Assembly (NCBI GenBank): GCA_964016885.1
Contig: OZ024742.1
Coordinates: forward strand, 345,092,001 to 345,156,000
DNA from: Eledone cirrhosa
Lineage: Eukaryota
Direction: 5' to 3'
DNA: 64,000 bases
The notes under the pieces are model-generated. The model saw only the letters and a list, made by a program, of their open reading frames with translations, ran no database searches and was not told where the DNA came from. Made by a program: the position numbers and the translations under genes. This document shows, piece by piece, positions 52,669-64,000 of the stretch; position 1 is the first letter of the stretch; each line of letters begins with the position of its first letter.

Positions 52669-55235
52669 ACATCAACCACGGCATCCCCAGCCCTCTTTTC
52701 GAAGGTTGTTGGAAGCAGATGGATCTTCTCACTATAGGAGGGTGCTTCTTCCAAAGAAATTGAAAGAGCATGCGTTCCATGGTGGTGAGTGTTTCCTTAG
52801 GGCAAGGCACGACAGTCAGGCGGTAGTAAGTGACGGACGCTATGTAAATGTTCGCCACCTCCGCCCGACCTTTTAGGGACAACTTACACTTGGCCCATTT
52901 CTGGGTTAGTGCAAACACCTTGTTCGTAACCTCTCCCCAGTTCTTTTCCACCTGGAGGTCCGGTCCAAACCAGACCCCAAGCAACTTCACCGGGCCCTCC
53001 GTCCGGTGTCCGACGACACCGTCGGGAGGCATCGGTCTGCCTCTCCACGTTCCGAGTTACAGCCCGATGGATTTTTCCCGGTTCAGTTTCGCTCCTGACA
53101 ACCTTTCGTATTCCGCCAGTAAGGTACCCATCGCCTCGATCTCCGAGTCGGTCGATACCATTACTGTTACGTCATCGGCGTAGGCCGACACCGCTTTGCT
53201 CAATCCTGGTTCCAGGGGGATACCCTGCAACAACTCCAAATTCCTCAGTAAAGGCTCGAGAGTCAATACGTACAGAAGGGAGGAGAGAGGGCACCCCTGT
53301 CGAATGGATCGTGTGATTTCGAACGGCTTCGAAAGGTAGCCGTTCACCTTGATCCTAGAACAGATGTGGTTGCTATGTAAGGCAGTGATCCAGCCTCTGA
53401 AAACAGGACCGAACCCAGCCGCCGCTAGCACCGCATCCAGGTAACCATGGTCGACCCTATCGAAGGCCTTAAACTGATCCAAGTTGATCAGGGCCCCACC
53501 GAAGCCGGGTTTGTTGCCAACCCTCTCTATGATGTATCGCATGAGGTGGAGGTTATCGTGAATGGACCTGGATGGGATAGCACATGTCTGCGCATCTCCC
53601 ACCAGGCCACCCACGACAAGCGCCAACCTCTTTGCTAACACCTTGGCCAAAATCTTTAACTCTGTGTTTAGCAGGGTTATGGGCCGAAAATTATTTATAC
53701 TATCCCCCTTGTTCTCGTCCTTCCTCACCAGCGAGACTACGCCCTTGGCTACAGAACAAGGAATTCTCCCGTTCTGCTGCCAATTGCAGTACACTGCTTC
53801 GAGGAGTTCGGAGAAGAAGACCGGCATTGCTAAATAAAGTTCGTAAGGTATACCATCGAGACCTAGAGATTTGCGTCTGCTGCATTGGCTCAGCGCATCC
53901 CCGATCTCATCAGCCGAGATTGGTCCCTCGCAGGACTCTGCCTCTTCGCTCGAGAGACGCGGCAGGCCGTCGAGGTATGGACCGAAATCTACGTCCCCGC
54001 CCGGACCCTCGCCTCCCCCGAACAATCGGGCAAAGTGCCTTTGAAAGGCCTCGCACATCTGCTTAGGCTCCCGGATCACCCGTCCATCCTCGTCTTGCAA
54101 AGAACGGATGGTGGATCGATTTCCACTCTTAGCTTCTGTCACGCGGGCCCAGCCAACGGCTTTGACCCCCTCATTACCTAGAGCACGTATTTTACTTCGA
54201 ATGACGCAGCCTTCGTGCTTTGCATCGAAAAACTGGCCCAAGGCCGTCCTCGATGCCAGCACTCGCCACATCTTCGCTCTTGATTGCCTCTTCTAATTTA
54301 CCTGTTAATTCTTTCTCGTTCCTATTCCTATCGGCAGCTAACATCTTGCTATAACTTATTGATTCTGTTCTAATCTCTCTTTTGAGAGATACCCACCATC
54401 GGTTGTTGACGATTGCAGCCGTCAACCTCTCCTTAACTAATCTGCTAATCCGGTTTCTGTAAGCCTCTTTTGCCGGTAAAGACAAATTAAGTTTCCAGTA
54501 ACCGGGACCCTGTCTATGTGTTTTCTCGAGATTGACTACGCAGGTCACTAATTTGTGATCTGTATAGCCAACCGTGAGCATTTCAGGACAGCTTAATATG
54601 TCCCTACCTTACTTCTAACTAAGAATCTATCTAAGTACGATCGAGATTTGACCACTGTAGTTCGTCGAAGTCCAGGTTGGCACAGTTGGAAAATCTAGTC
54701 GATATCTATTGACCAAGTTAAAACGGTCGAGTAACCCCTTGAGGCTGTTACACCCCCCTCTATTAGGACATACTCCTGCATAGTCCTAACATGCATCTAG
54801 GATGTCATTCCAATCCCCCGCTAGAAGCAGGGAACGCGACGTTCCCAGAAAAGTCTCCAGAGGCTGGAAGAAGTCGGGTCGTTCAGCTCCGAAAGGGGAG
54901 TTGACGGCGACCTGGCTCAAGGCCGCACCTCCACTACTGCCAACGTCTAGCACCAACAAACGACCTTCCGGGTCCGAGTGAACAACCTGTACGGCGAGAC
55001 CCAGGTGGTTTTGCAGCAGTACAACAACCCCACCCCCACCTCCAGGTTGACAGAGAGATGCATGCACCTCAAAGTCATCGAAGGTAGGGGCCAGCTGCCG
55101 CATGACGCTGATCCGAGTCTCACAGATAACCATTACATTTATACCACGTGACCTGAGGTCATTTAGAAGCTTTGCTTGCTTCCAAGTTGAGCCCAGGCCA
55201 CGTGCATTCAAACATCCTACTCTTAACACATCCAT
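52661..55235 (-). pseudogene. ORF2: APE endonuclease plus reverse transcriptase, several frameshifts
   Basis: CLNARGL, ICETR, AGDWN, TDH, KAFDRV, RQGCPLS, AYADD. Confidence 0.92.
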
Positions 55236-57372
55236 GTGGGCGGAAAAGCCAAAGGAGAGTGTAGGAACCTACCTTTCTGCTTCCCGGGGTTCGGGTCGCA
55301 CGACTTCCATGGGGTCGGGGTGTTGGTTGAAGGGGTTTCTTGTGGTGGTGTGGGGTCGTCAGTGTGTGGTGGGGTTGGGGTCTTTGGAGTTGTGTTGGGG
55401 AGGGGAAGGGGAGGGGGAAAGCTTTTTAGGAGGACGCGGTTTAAGGGTTTGACAGAGGGTGGTCCTACGTCCTCCTTAAAATCCCTTTTCAGTTTTTGGT
55501 AGAGGTTCATTGGGATCTTTATTAATTTTTAATGTGGGTAGTTTTCTGAAGAAACAAAGTTTACCCTTTCGGTTTGTACCGAAGGGTTATTGTTTATGAG
55601 TTCATTTAATTTATTATTGTTTCTGTTGATGTAAGTATAGTGTAATGTCTTTTTTTCGGATGGTGTGAGTGTTTCGAAGAAGGGAGGGGCAGGTTTGGTT
55701 TTGTTTGTTGCTGGAGAGGTGTTTTGTGTTTTGTTGGTTTGTGTTGACATTTGGGTAGGGGCTGTTTGGCCTTGTGTGTTTTGCACATGTTTTCTTTTTT
55801 TCCTTTTAATCTGTCTGAAGGACTCCGTTTCTTCCTCCGAATTCGTTGGGTGATCTTCAGTGTTGGAGGGAAGAGGTATGTTTGCTCGTAATGTTTCCGT
55901 GTTGGTTTTCTTTGTGGGGGAGATGGATGTCACTATGTTAGACTGTGTTGTGTGTTGTGGCTGCGGTGGTTGTGTTGTTTTATTGAGTGAGGGGTTGGGT
56001 GCGACTGTGTTTTGTTTTTGGGTAATGTGTTGTGTCTGTTTGTGTTGTGGTGGTGGTGTAGTTTTACTGAGGGACGAGTTGGGTGGAACTGAGTTTTGTT
56101 GTTTGTTTATCTGTTGTGGTGGTGGTGGAGCTGGTGTTGGTAGCAGGGTTTTCTTCTTGTTGAGTTGGGGACAAGCCGCCTCCAGGTGCCCTCTGCCTGC
56201 ACAGATATGAAAGGACGGCCTTCTCCCCTCCACGCTAATGTTTATATACCCGTGGCCCTCTAATAGGATTTTGTCGGGTATTTGGGCAATGCGTTCAGGC
56301 TTCATTTGCACTACAAGTTCTATACCTGTTCCACTAAACGCATTCCCTGTGGTTTTCCCAATGGAAATCACGTTGTCATTCGCTTGATCGATGAAGCCAG
56401 CTATGAGCCAGCAGTAGTCCATATCTGGCATCATCGCATCCATATAAGATGGATGAAAGGTAAAATTTGTCGAACGAATCGGCGACAAAGCATATTTTTT
56501 TGCCGCTGATTCGTTCTTCATAATAATGGCTAGGCTTCCATACAGCCTGTCTCTTCTTATGAAAGTGGCTTCATTAAGTACTTCTCTAAGTACTGCTTTA
56601 ATTTCTGCTTGTGTTGGTTGTTGAAGTTTTTTTGAGATGTTGTTGATGGTGCGAAAAACGACCGTCCGACTTTCAATATCTTTGGTGAGTTCTTGGGGCA
56701 TTTTTACTGACAAGGTTCCATTTTCCCCTTGAGTTATGAATTGTTTGGCATTTTTAATTCTTTGTGCCACATCTGAAATATTTTCAGGTATATATGTTAA
56801 AGATTTTTTTGTTGTTTGTGCAAATGAGATATTATTGGTGTTGACTTTGTTGTCTGTTTTGCTTTCTGTTATGATGTTGTTTTCAAATGTTATTTTTGTG
56901 TTTGTTGTTTCTTTGTTTGTGGTATTAATATTGTCATGCAATTCTTTCAAATTTTTTTGTTGTTGGAATCAATCTCCAGATTTGTGTTTTCGTCATTTTT
57001 CTCCGCACATTCGTCTGTTTTTATTTTATTTTTTCTTTCCTTCTCTATGACGTTAGTTGGGAAGGAAGGGGGGGACTAAAGCGTGCGAGCTTACAACGCT
57101 TACCGCTGTCCCCCCACCACTATTTTCGTTAGCTTCATTTAACATTTCTGCCAGACGATTGAAATTTTATGCACAAAATTTTTAAAAACAGGTTTTTCAC
57201 CCCTGGGAGAGGCGAAGATGAGCTGACCTACCGCCTGACAGTTCAGACGGGGGGTCAAGCTACACAATAGTATCAAAATTAAAATTAAACTTGCAAAATT
57301 TCCGCAATAAATTGGAACAAAACTTCTGCGCGCAGTGAATTACGTCTACGCTGTCGAACAGACGACAGCTAG
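52669..57372 (-). mobile_element. Tx1/L1-like LINE with 5' end, ORF1 and ORF2 (3' end lost)
   Basis: 5' UTR adjacent to (GATA)n, ORF1, APE and RT; breaks off at GLGMPWL. Confidence 0.92.
55529..56950 (-). CDS. Tx1-like ORF1 (gag-like, degenerate zinc knuckle)
   Basis: 473-aa ORF upstream of ORF2; F-H-I-C-x3-GH-x4-CP knuckle; P/Q/T-rich tail; probable frameshifted continuation 55510-55223. Confidence 0.8.
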   Translation of the reverse strand: MKELHDNINTTNKETTNTKITFENNIITESKTDNKVNTNNISFAQTTKKSLTYIPENISDVAQRIKNAKQFITQGENGTLSVKMPQELTKDIESRTVVFRTINNISKKLQQPTQAEIKAVLREVLNEATFIRRDRLYGSLAIIMKNESAAKKYALSPIRSTNFTFHPSYMDAMMPDMDYCWLIAGFIDQANDNVISIGKTTGNAFSGTGIELVVQMKPERIAQIPDKILLEGHGYINISVEGRRPSFHICAGRGHLEAACPQLNKKKTLLPTPAPPPPQQINKQQNSVPPNSSLSKTTPPPQHKQTQHITQKQNTVAPNPSLNKTTQPPQPQHTTQSNIVTSISPTKKTNTETLRANIPLPSNTEDHPTNSEEETESFRQIKRKKRKHVQNTQGQTAPTQMSTQTNKTQNTSPATNKTKPAPPFFETLTPSEKKTLHYTYINRNNNKLNELINNNPSVQTERVNFVSSENYPH

Positions 57373-57379
57373 ATTAAGA

Positions 57380-57380
57380 G

Positions 57381-57444
<64 letters not shown>

Positions 57445-57445
57445 T

Positions 57446-57492
<47 letters not shown>
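57380..57492. repeat. (GATA)n microsatellite between LINE copies
   Basis: Directly visible. Confidence 0.97.
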
Positions 57493-57493
<1 letters not shown>

Positions 57494-57509
57494 TGTAAAG
57501 AAATAGATA

Positions 57510-58406
57510 TGTTTCTTTTATTTGCCACCAGGGCATCAAAAGTGGGACAAGTACAATGGGGGGAGTTTACAAAACAAGGCGTCCTCAATAAGGAGGAGGC
57601 AATAACAATATATAAAAATAAAATAAAATATAACAAAAAATAAAATTTATAACAAAGTCCTCAATAGAGAGGAGGCGCCTTGGGGGGTCGCACACACCCC
57701 CGAAAAAAATGTCCAACCCTTCTCCTCAGGAGCACAGAGAAGGGGTGCTCCCTTGGTCTTTCATCTTCCTCACCTATAGTCTGATGTAGAGTGAAGGCCC
57801 ATTCACACGGGCCATTCTCGCCACTTTCACCCATCTTTCATAGAAACGGCTGGGGTGCAGCACCTCTCTCTCCATCCTGATCCTTCTTCCGAAATGATAT
57901 CGGAAGAAACGGACCAGTTGTTGGCCAGAGAGAAAGGTGTCTGACCTCAGTCCTTTCAGACGCGTCCACCATACAACCTCTTTCGCCATGGCTATTACGC
58001 ACAGAAACACCGCCTCTCCTTCGTTTTTGAAGAGGGGAGGCGGCTTGATCGTTACAATAGACTCGGTGGTCAACCGGATCGGTCCCACCCTTGACAGCAG
58101 TTGTTCGACATAGCCCCACAGATCGGCAATGCCCGAGCAGTGTACCAATGCGTGTGCAACGGTTTCCTCGTCGCACACGCATCTGGGACAGACCTTTTTC
58201 GATGGGTCCCTACCCGGGCGCCCGTGTCTGTAGAGCCTTTCTCGAACGGGCAGAGCCCTTCTGTAGCATTGCCAGGCCAGGGACCTCTGGAAGTTATCCA
58301 TGGGTCCCGGGCTGAATGTCCTACCGAACAGGTTGGCCAGTTCGTCTTCCTCCATGCCTAGGGCTTCTCCGAGGGCGTCGTCGCACCTGCTAACCACCAG
58401 CCCTCT
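57510..58406 (-). mobile_element. Tx1/L1-like LINE, 5'-truncated, with 19-bp TSD
   Basis: ATATGTAAAGAAATAGATA at 57491-57509 and 58407-58425. Confidence 0.9.
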
Positions 58407-58435
58407 ATATGTAAAGAAATAGATAGATAGATAAA

Positions 58436-60703
58436 TGTCTTTATTAGCCACAAGGGCACAAAAGAAGGGGACAAATACAAATGGGGAGTTTACATACAGG
58501 TATATGAAAATTAATTGAAACTATTAATAAAATAACAAATAACAATTGAAATCCCCAAAAGGGGGAAGGCGTTACACAGGGGTTGTACACACCCCGAACA
58601 ATGTACAACCCTCATCTCCAGGAGCACCAAGAGTGAGTACTCCAATCCTCCTTTTCCTCAACCTACAAGCTTATATAGAGAGAAGGCCCAACCACTCGGG
58701 TCATCTTTGCCACATTCACCCATCTTTTATAAAATTTGCTGGGGTTCAGCACCTCGCTCTCCATCCTGATTCTTCTTCCAAAATGATATTTGGAAAAACG
58801 AATAAGTTGTTCGCCGGAGAGAAAGGTGTCTGACCTCAGCCCTTTTAACCTCGTCCACCATATAACCTCTTTCACCATAGCCATAACACATAGGAAAACC
58901 GCCTCTCCTTCGTTTTTGAAGGAGGGTGGCGGTTTGATCATGACAATGGACTCGGTGGTCAACTGGAGTGGTCCCACATGCGACAAAAGTCGTTCTACAG
59001 AACCCCACAGGTCGGTAACGCCCGGGCAGTGTACAAATGCGCGCGCGACGGTTCCATTGTCGCGCACACATCTCGGACTGACCATTTTCGAAGGGTCCCT
59101 TCCTGCGCGCCCGTGTCTGTAGAGCTTGTTTCGAACTGGAAGAGCTCCTCTGTAGCACTGCAAGGCCAGAGACTTTTGGAAGTTGTCCATTGGTCCCGGG
59201 CGAGAAGTCCTACCGAACAGCCTGGCCAGTTGGTCCTTCTCTACGCATAGAGTTTCTCCGAGCGTGTCGTCGCACTTGCTGCGGACCAACCCTCTATAGA
59301 ATGTCGAAGTGGAGTCTCCACTGATCGCCGGGTCCGTTTGCCAGAGGACTGTGAGCGCCTGAGCACATTCGATGTGCCAGTCGCCCTTATCCTCGGTCTT
59401 TGCTTGACCCAGGACTGCAGCTCGGTCAGCGAGACGAGTCGTGGGAAGGCTCGCCACACGAATGGGGGCCCACACCGGTTGTCCGGTGAGGAATACGTGG
59501 AGGTGCCACACCCTGAGCGCGGGTTTGCGCATCGTCAGCCACGGCATCCCTATCCCTCCGTTTGAAGGGTGTTGTCAGCAGATGGATCTTTTCTCACCAA
59601 AGGAGCCCGTTTTTTCCAAAGGAATTGGAAGAGCGCGCGCTCAGTTTTGGTGATTGTTTTGGCTGGACAAGGCACGACGGTCAAGCGGTAGTAGATGACG
59701 GACGCTATAAAAGTGTTCGCCTCCTCCGCTCGACCTTTCAAGGATAGTTTGCACTCGGCCCACTTCTGGGTGAGCGCAAACACCTTGGCGGTCACCTCGT
59801 TCCAGTTCTTCTCCACACGGAGGTCCGGACCAAACCAGACCCCTAGCAGCTTTACCGGTCCTTCCGTCCAGCGTCTGACAACTCCATCGGAAGGCATCGG
59901 TTTGCCTCTCCACGTTCCGAGTTGCAAACCGACGGATTTGTCCGGGTTCAGCTTCCCTTCTGTGAATCTATCGTATTCCTTCAGTAAGGTGCCGACCTCC
60001 CCGATTTGCGAGGTGCTCGACACCATTACTGTCACGTCGCCGGCGTAGGCCGACGCCCCTTTTCGCAGTCCCTTGGTCACAGAACTGGGAATTCTCCCCT
60101 TCTGCTGCCAATTGCAGTAGACCGCTTCCAGGAGACCGGAGAACAAGTCCGGCATTGCTACGTAAAATTCCTAGGGTAGACCGTCGAGACCTGGAGATTT
60201 GCATTTGCTGCATTGACTCAGCGCGCCCCCTATCTCAGCGGCTGAAATCGGCCTTTCGCAGAACTTCGCCTCGCTGTCCGAGAGTCGCGGTAGGCCGTCG
60301 AGGTATGGACCGAAATCCATAACCCCTCCCGGAGCCGCCCTGCCCAAACATTTGAGCAAAGTGCCGCTGAAAGGCCGCGCACATCTGCTTCGGCTCACGT
60401 ATCACGCGTCCGTCTTGGTCCTTCAAAGACTGAATCGTGCCCAGCTAACAGCTTTGGCTCCCTCGGTTCCCAGAGCACGTATGTTGCTCCTGACAACGCA
60501 GCCTTCATGCTTTGCGTCGAAGAACTGGCCCAAGGCCGTTCTAGACGCTAGCACGCTGGCTACGTTGCCACTCCTAAGTGCCTCTTCTACTTTATCTACC
60601 AGTTCCTTTTCGGTCTTATTCTTTACTAAAACCTATCGACTCTAATCTAACTGCCCTCTTGAGAGAGTACCACCATCTGTTGTTGACAATGGCCCCCGTC
60701 AAG
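58436..60703 (-). mobile_element. Tx1/L1-like LINE, 5'-truncated with internal RT deletion
   Basis: SSVTK is joined directly to ..ASAYAGD at about 60070; GATAGATAG at both junctions. Confidence 0.9.
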
Positions 60704-61583
60704 ATAGATAGTTATACAGAGACGGGGAGGAAATGGAACTTGACTCAGTGTAAAACAGAAATAGATAACCAACAAAACAATTACCCCACAAATGATATAG
60801 TTACTTACTCTGATATGCATATGCCATAGTCCTTCCCACAGATGAGTCCTCTCCAAACACCATATATATATATGGTTCGATATATACATGGTTCGATCAG
60901 TATCGATCTGGCCCGACTCTGGAATCAAAAGCTCGTCGGATCTCTGCTGTTGAAATGACAGAATGAACATATAAATCATAGAACTGTCTGTAACGTTTCG
61001 CGTTCATATGTTGGTCAGTTTATGTTGTTTTCATTGTTGGTTTAGGTATGAGGAATGGTTTGATGTGTCAGAGGTGGGCGGATGAACATAGTCACGAGGT
61101 GGTGGGGAGGGATGGTTGGTGTGAGTTGCGGGGGTGTGGAGTTTTGACTTATATACATTTTGGCGTGTACGTGGTGAGGTGGGGTGCTGTGTGTCGTGTG
61201 GATGAGACATGGCTGTGCGTGATGGGAGATGAAAGGGTGCGGTGTTGTACTTGGTGTAGGTTATACTAGGTTGGGATGGGGCTCAATTGTAAGCTGTTTA
61301 GACATCATTAAAGGGGATATGTGCTATAAAGAATTAATGAAGTAATAAGTTGTGGTGTGAGGAAAGTGTTTGAAAAGGTTGCTAAAAAACTGTGGGTAGA
61401 GGCAAGATACGGGTGCAGAGCATATTGTGTGAAAAGAATATAAAAAGGAATATAAATATACATGTGTACACACGCACCCAGAGACATATGTGCATGCAGG
61501 CACATCCACACATACATCACCCCACATACTCATACACAGAAGATACACATTAATTCTTTATAACACATATTAGCAAACCATCT

Positions 61584-61622
61584 TCGATGACGCGCGTTTC
61601 ACCCAACGGATTATCAATTCGA
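61584..61622 (-). ncRNA. Degenerate hammerhead-like motif
   Basis: Minus strand reads TCGAA TTGATAA TCC-GTTG-GGT GAAA CGCGCG TC ATCGA. Confidence 0.45.
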
Positions 61623-62079
61623 GGGAGGGATCTACGATCCCCAAGCGTAGAAAGTAACTGTAACTCGATTCAGCTGTTTTAACATAGGTAATAATAAACA
61701 TCATGTAAAAACGCTTAGGGAGGGATAAAGATGTTTATAGAGGCTGCTCGAAGAACTTCGTATCACTATTGATCTAGGGGACCTCTGACAACAACTTGCC
61801 GTCTAAATTAAGGAGCTGAATCAAACAGCTTTTGAAAAATGTAAATACATTCGTGTGTAAAGCTCAACTTTCGAACACACCAAGTGCTGAGGGAATTCAT
61901 TTATAGAAGTAAGAAGCTCAAAATATATACAATTAACAGCGAGGTATCACAAGATAGATTATAAAAATCAGGTAAAGACCCTTAAAGTCGAAAAAGATGT
62001 TGGTGTAATTGCTAAGGGTCTTTAATAGATTGTTACAAGCTATTTATTAGCCACTGATTAAGTGCAGTTATTTCCGGCA

Positions 62080-63170
<1,091 letters not shown>

Positions 63171-63475
63171 AACTATATTAATTGAGGAATCAATGAACCG
63201 TATTAATCTTTGGTCTTATATATATACATATATATATATATATTCTGTGTATATATGTATATGTGTGTGCGTGTGTGTGTGCGTTCGTGTGTGTGTATGC
63301 TTTAAATCCTTTATTTCTTCAGCACTACTTCACTCCCACACCCATTAACACCGCACCCCACCCCAGACACATCCAAATCTCTCATATGTAGAGTCACACA
63401 TCACAACACAACCCGATCTCAGTTTGACAATCGCCACCGACGAATGCGAGAAAGTTATCCAGGAAAGTTAACCAT

Positions 63476-64000
63476 GTAAGTATGTATGTATACGTACATA
63501 CATATATGTATACAGACGTACAGTAGTATGTATATATATACATACATGCACATATATATATATGTACGTATGGGTTTACCGAACATTTATTATAATGTTC
63601 GGTTTGTATGTAAGCAAACAAACAGCCCGAATTACGCCGTACAATGTTCAGGCAACCATCGTCGTCTTTTTTTCCCTTCATCTGGCAGGAAGGTATACGA
63701 TGCTGACGATAGCTAATAAGCTTGAAACTAGTACATCGTTCCTGTGTCAGTGTTGAACAAAAAGGTGACGATGGTTGCCTGAACGCTGTACGGCGTAATT
63801 CGGGCTGTTTGTTTGTTTACAAACAAACCGAACATTATAATAAATGTTCGGTAAACCCATATGTAGATATATGTATATATATATATATATATATGTGTGC
63901 ATGTATGTATATATATACATACATCTGTACGTCTGTATACATATATGTATGTACGTATACATACATACTTATATTTAAGTATCAGCCGTACTAAGAGTGA
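63476..64000 (+). mobile_element. Diverged copy of the 427-bp retrozyme-like family with 5' inversion
   Basis: Homologous to 29385-29685; 63476-63665 is inverted. Confidence 0.82.
63697..63739 (+). ncRNA. Type I hammerhead ribozyme
   Basis: ACGATG CTGACGA TAGCT-AATA-AGCTT GAAA CTAG TA CATCGT. Confidence 0.9.

Overview
AT-rich, microsatellite-saturated animal genomic DNA with no recognisable host gene. The SINE and microsatellite content suggests a cephalopod, probably Octopus (inference only). Most ORFs in the track are translations of (TA)n, (CATA)n, (GATA)n or (GT)n. The real content is mobile DNA: three Penelope-like elements (PLEs; one near-intact with 533-bp pseudo-LTRs), a DD37D maT transposon, an RTE LINE with a ~610-bp non-autonomous partner, R4/Dong-like RLE LINE fragments, a Helitron remnant, tRNA SINEs, and a 12-kb head-to-tail array of Tx1/L1-like LINEs mostly bounded by (GATA)n. 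The main hidden signal is at least a dozen type I hammerhead ribozyme (HHR) motifs plus degenerate variants. They occur in PLE ends, in short fold-back elements, and in non-coding 427-bp and ~465-bp tandem units resembling retrozymes (putative circular-RNA retroelements). All structures were read by eye; no activity has been shown.
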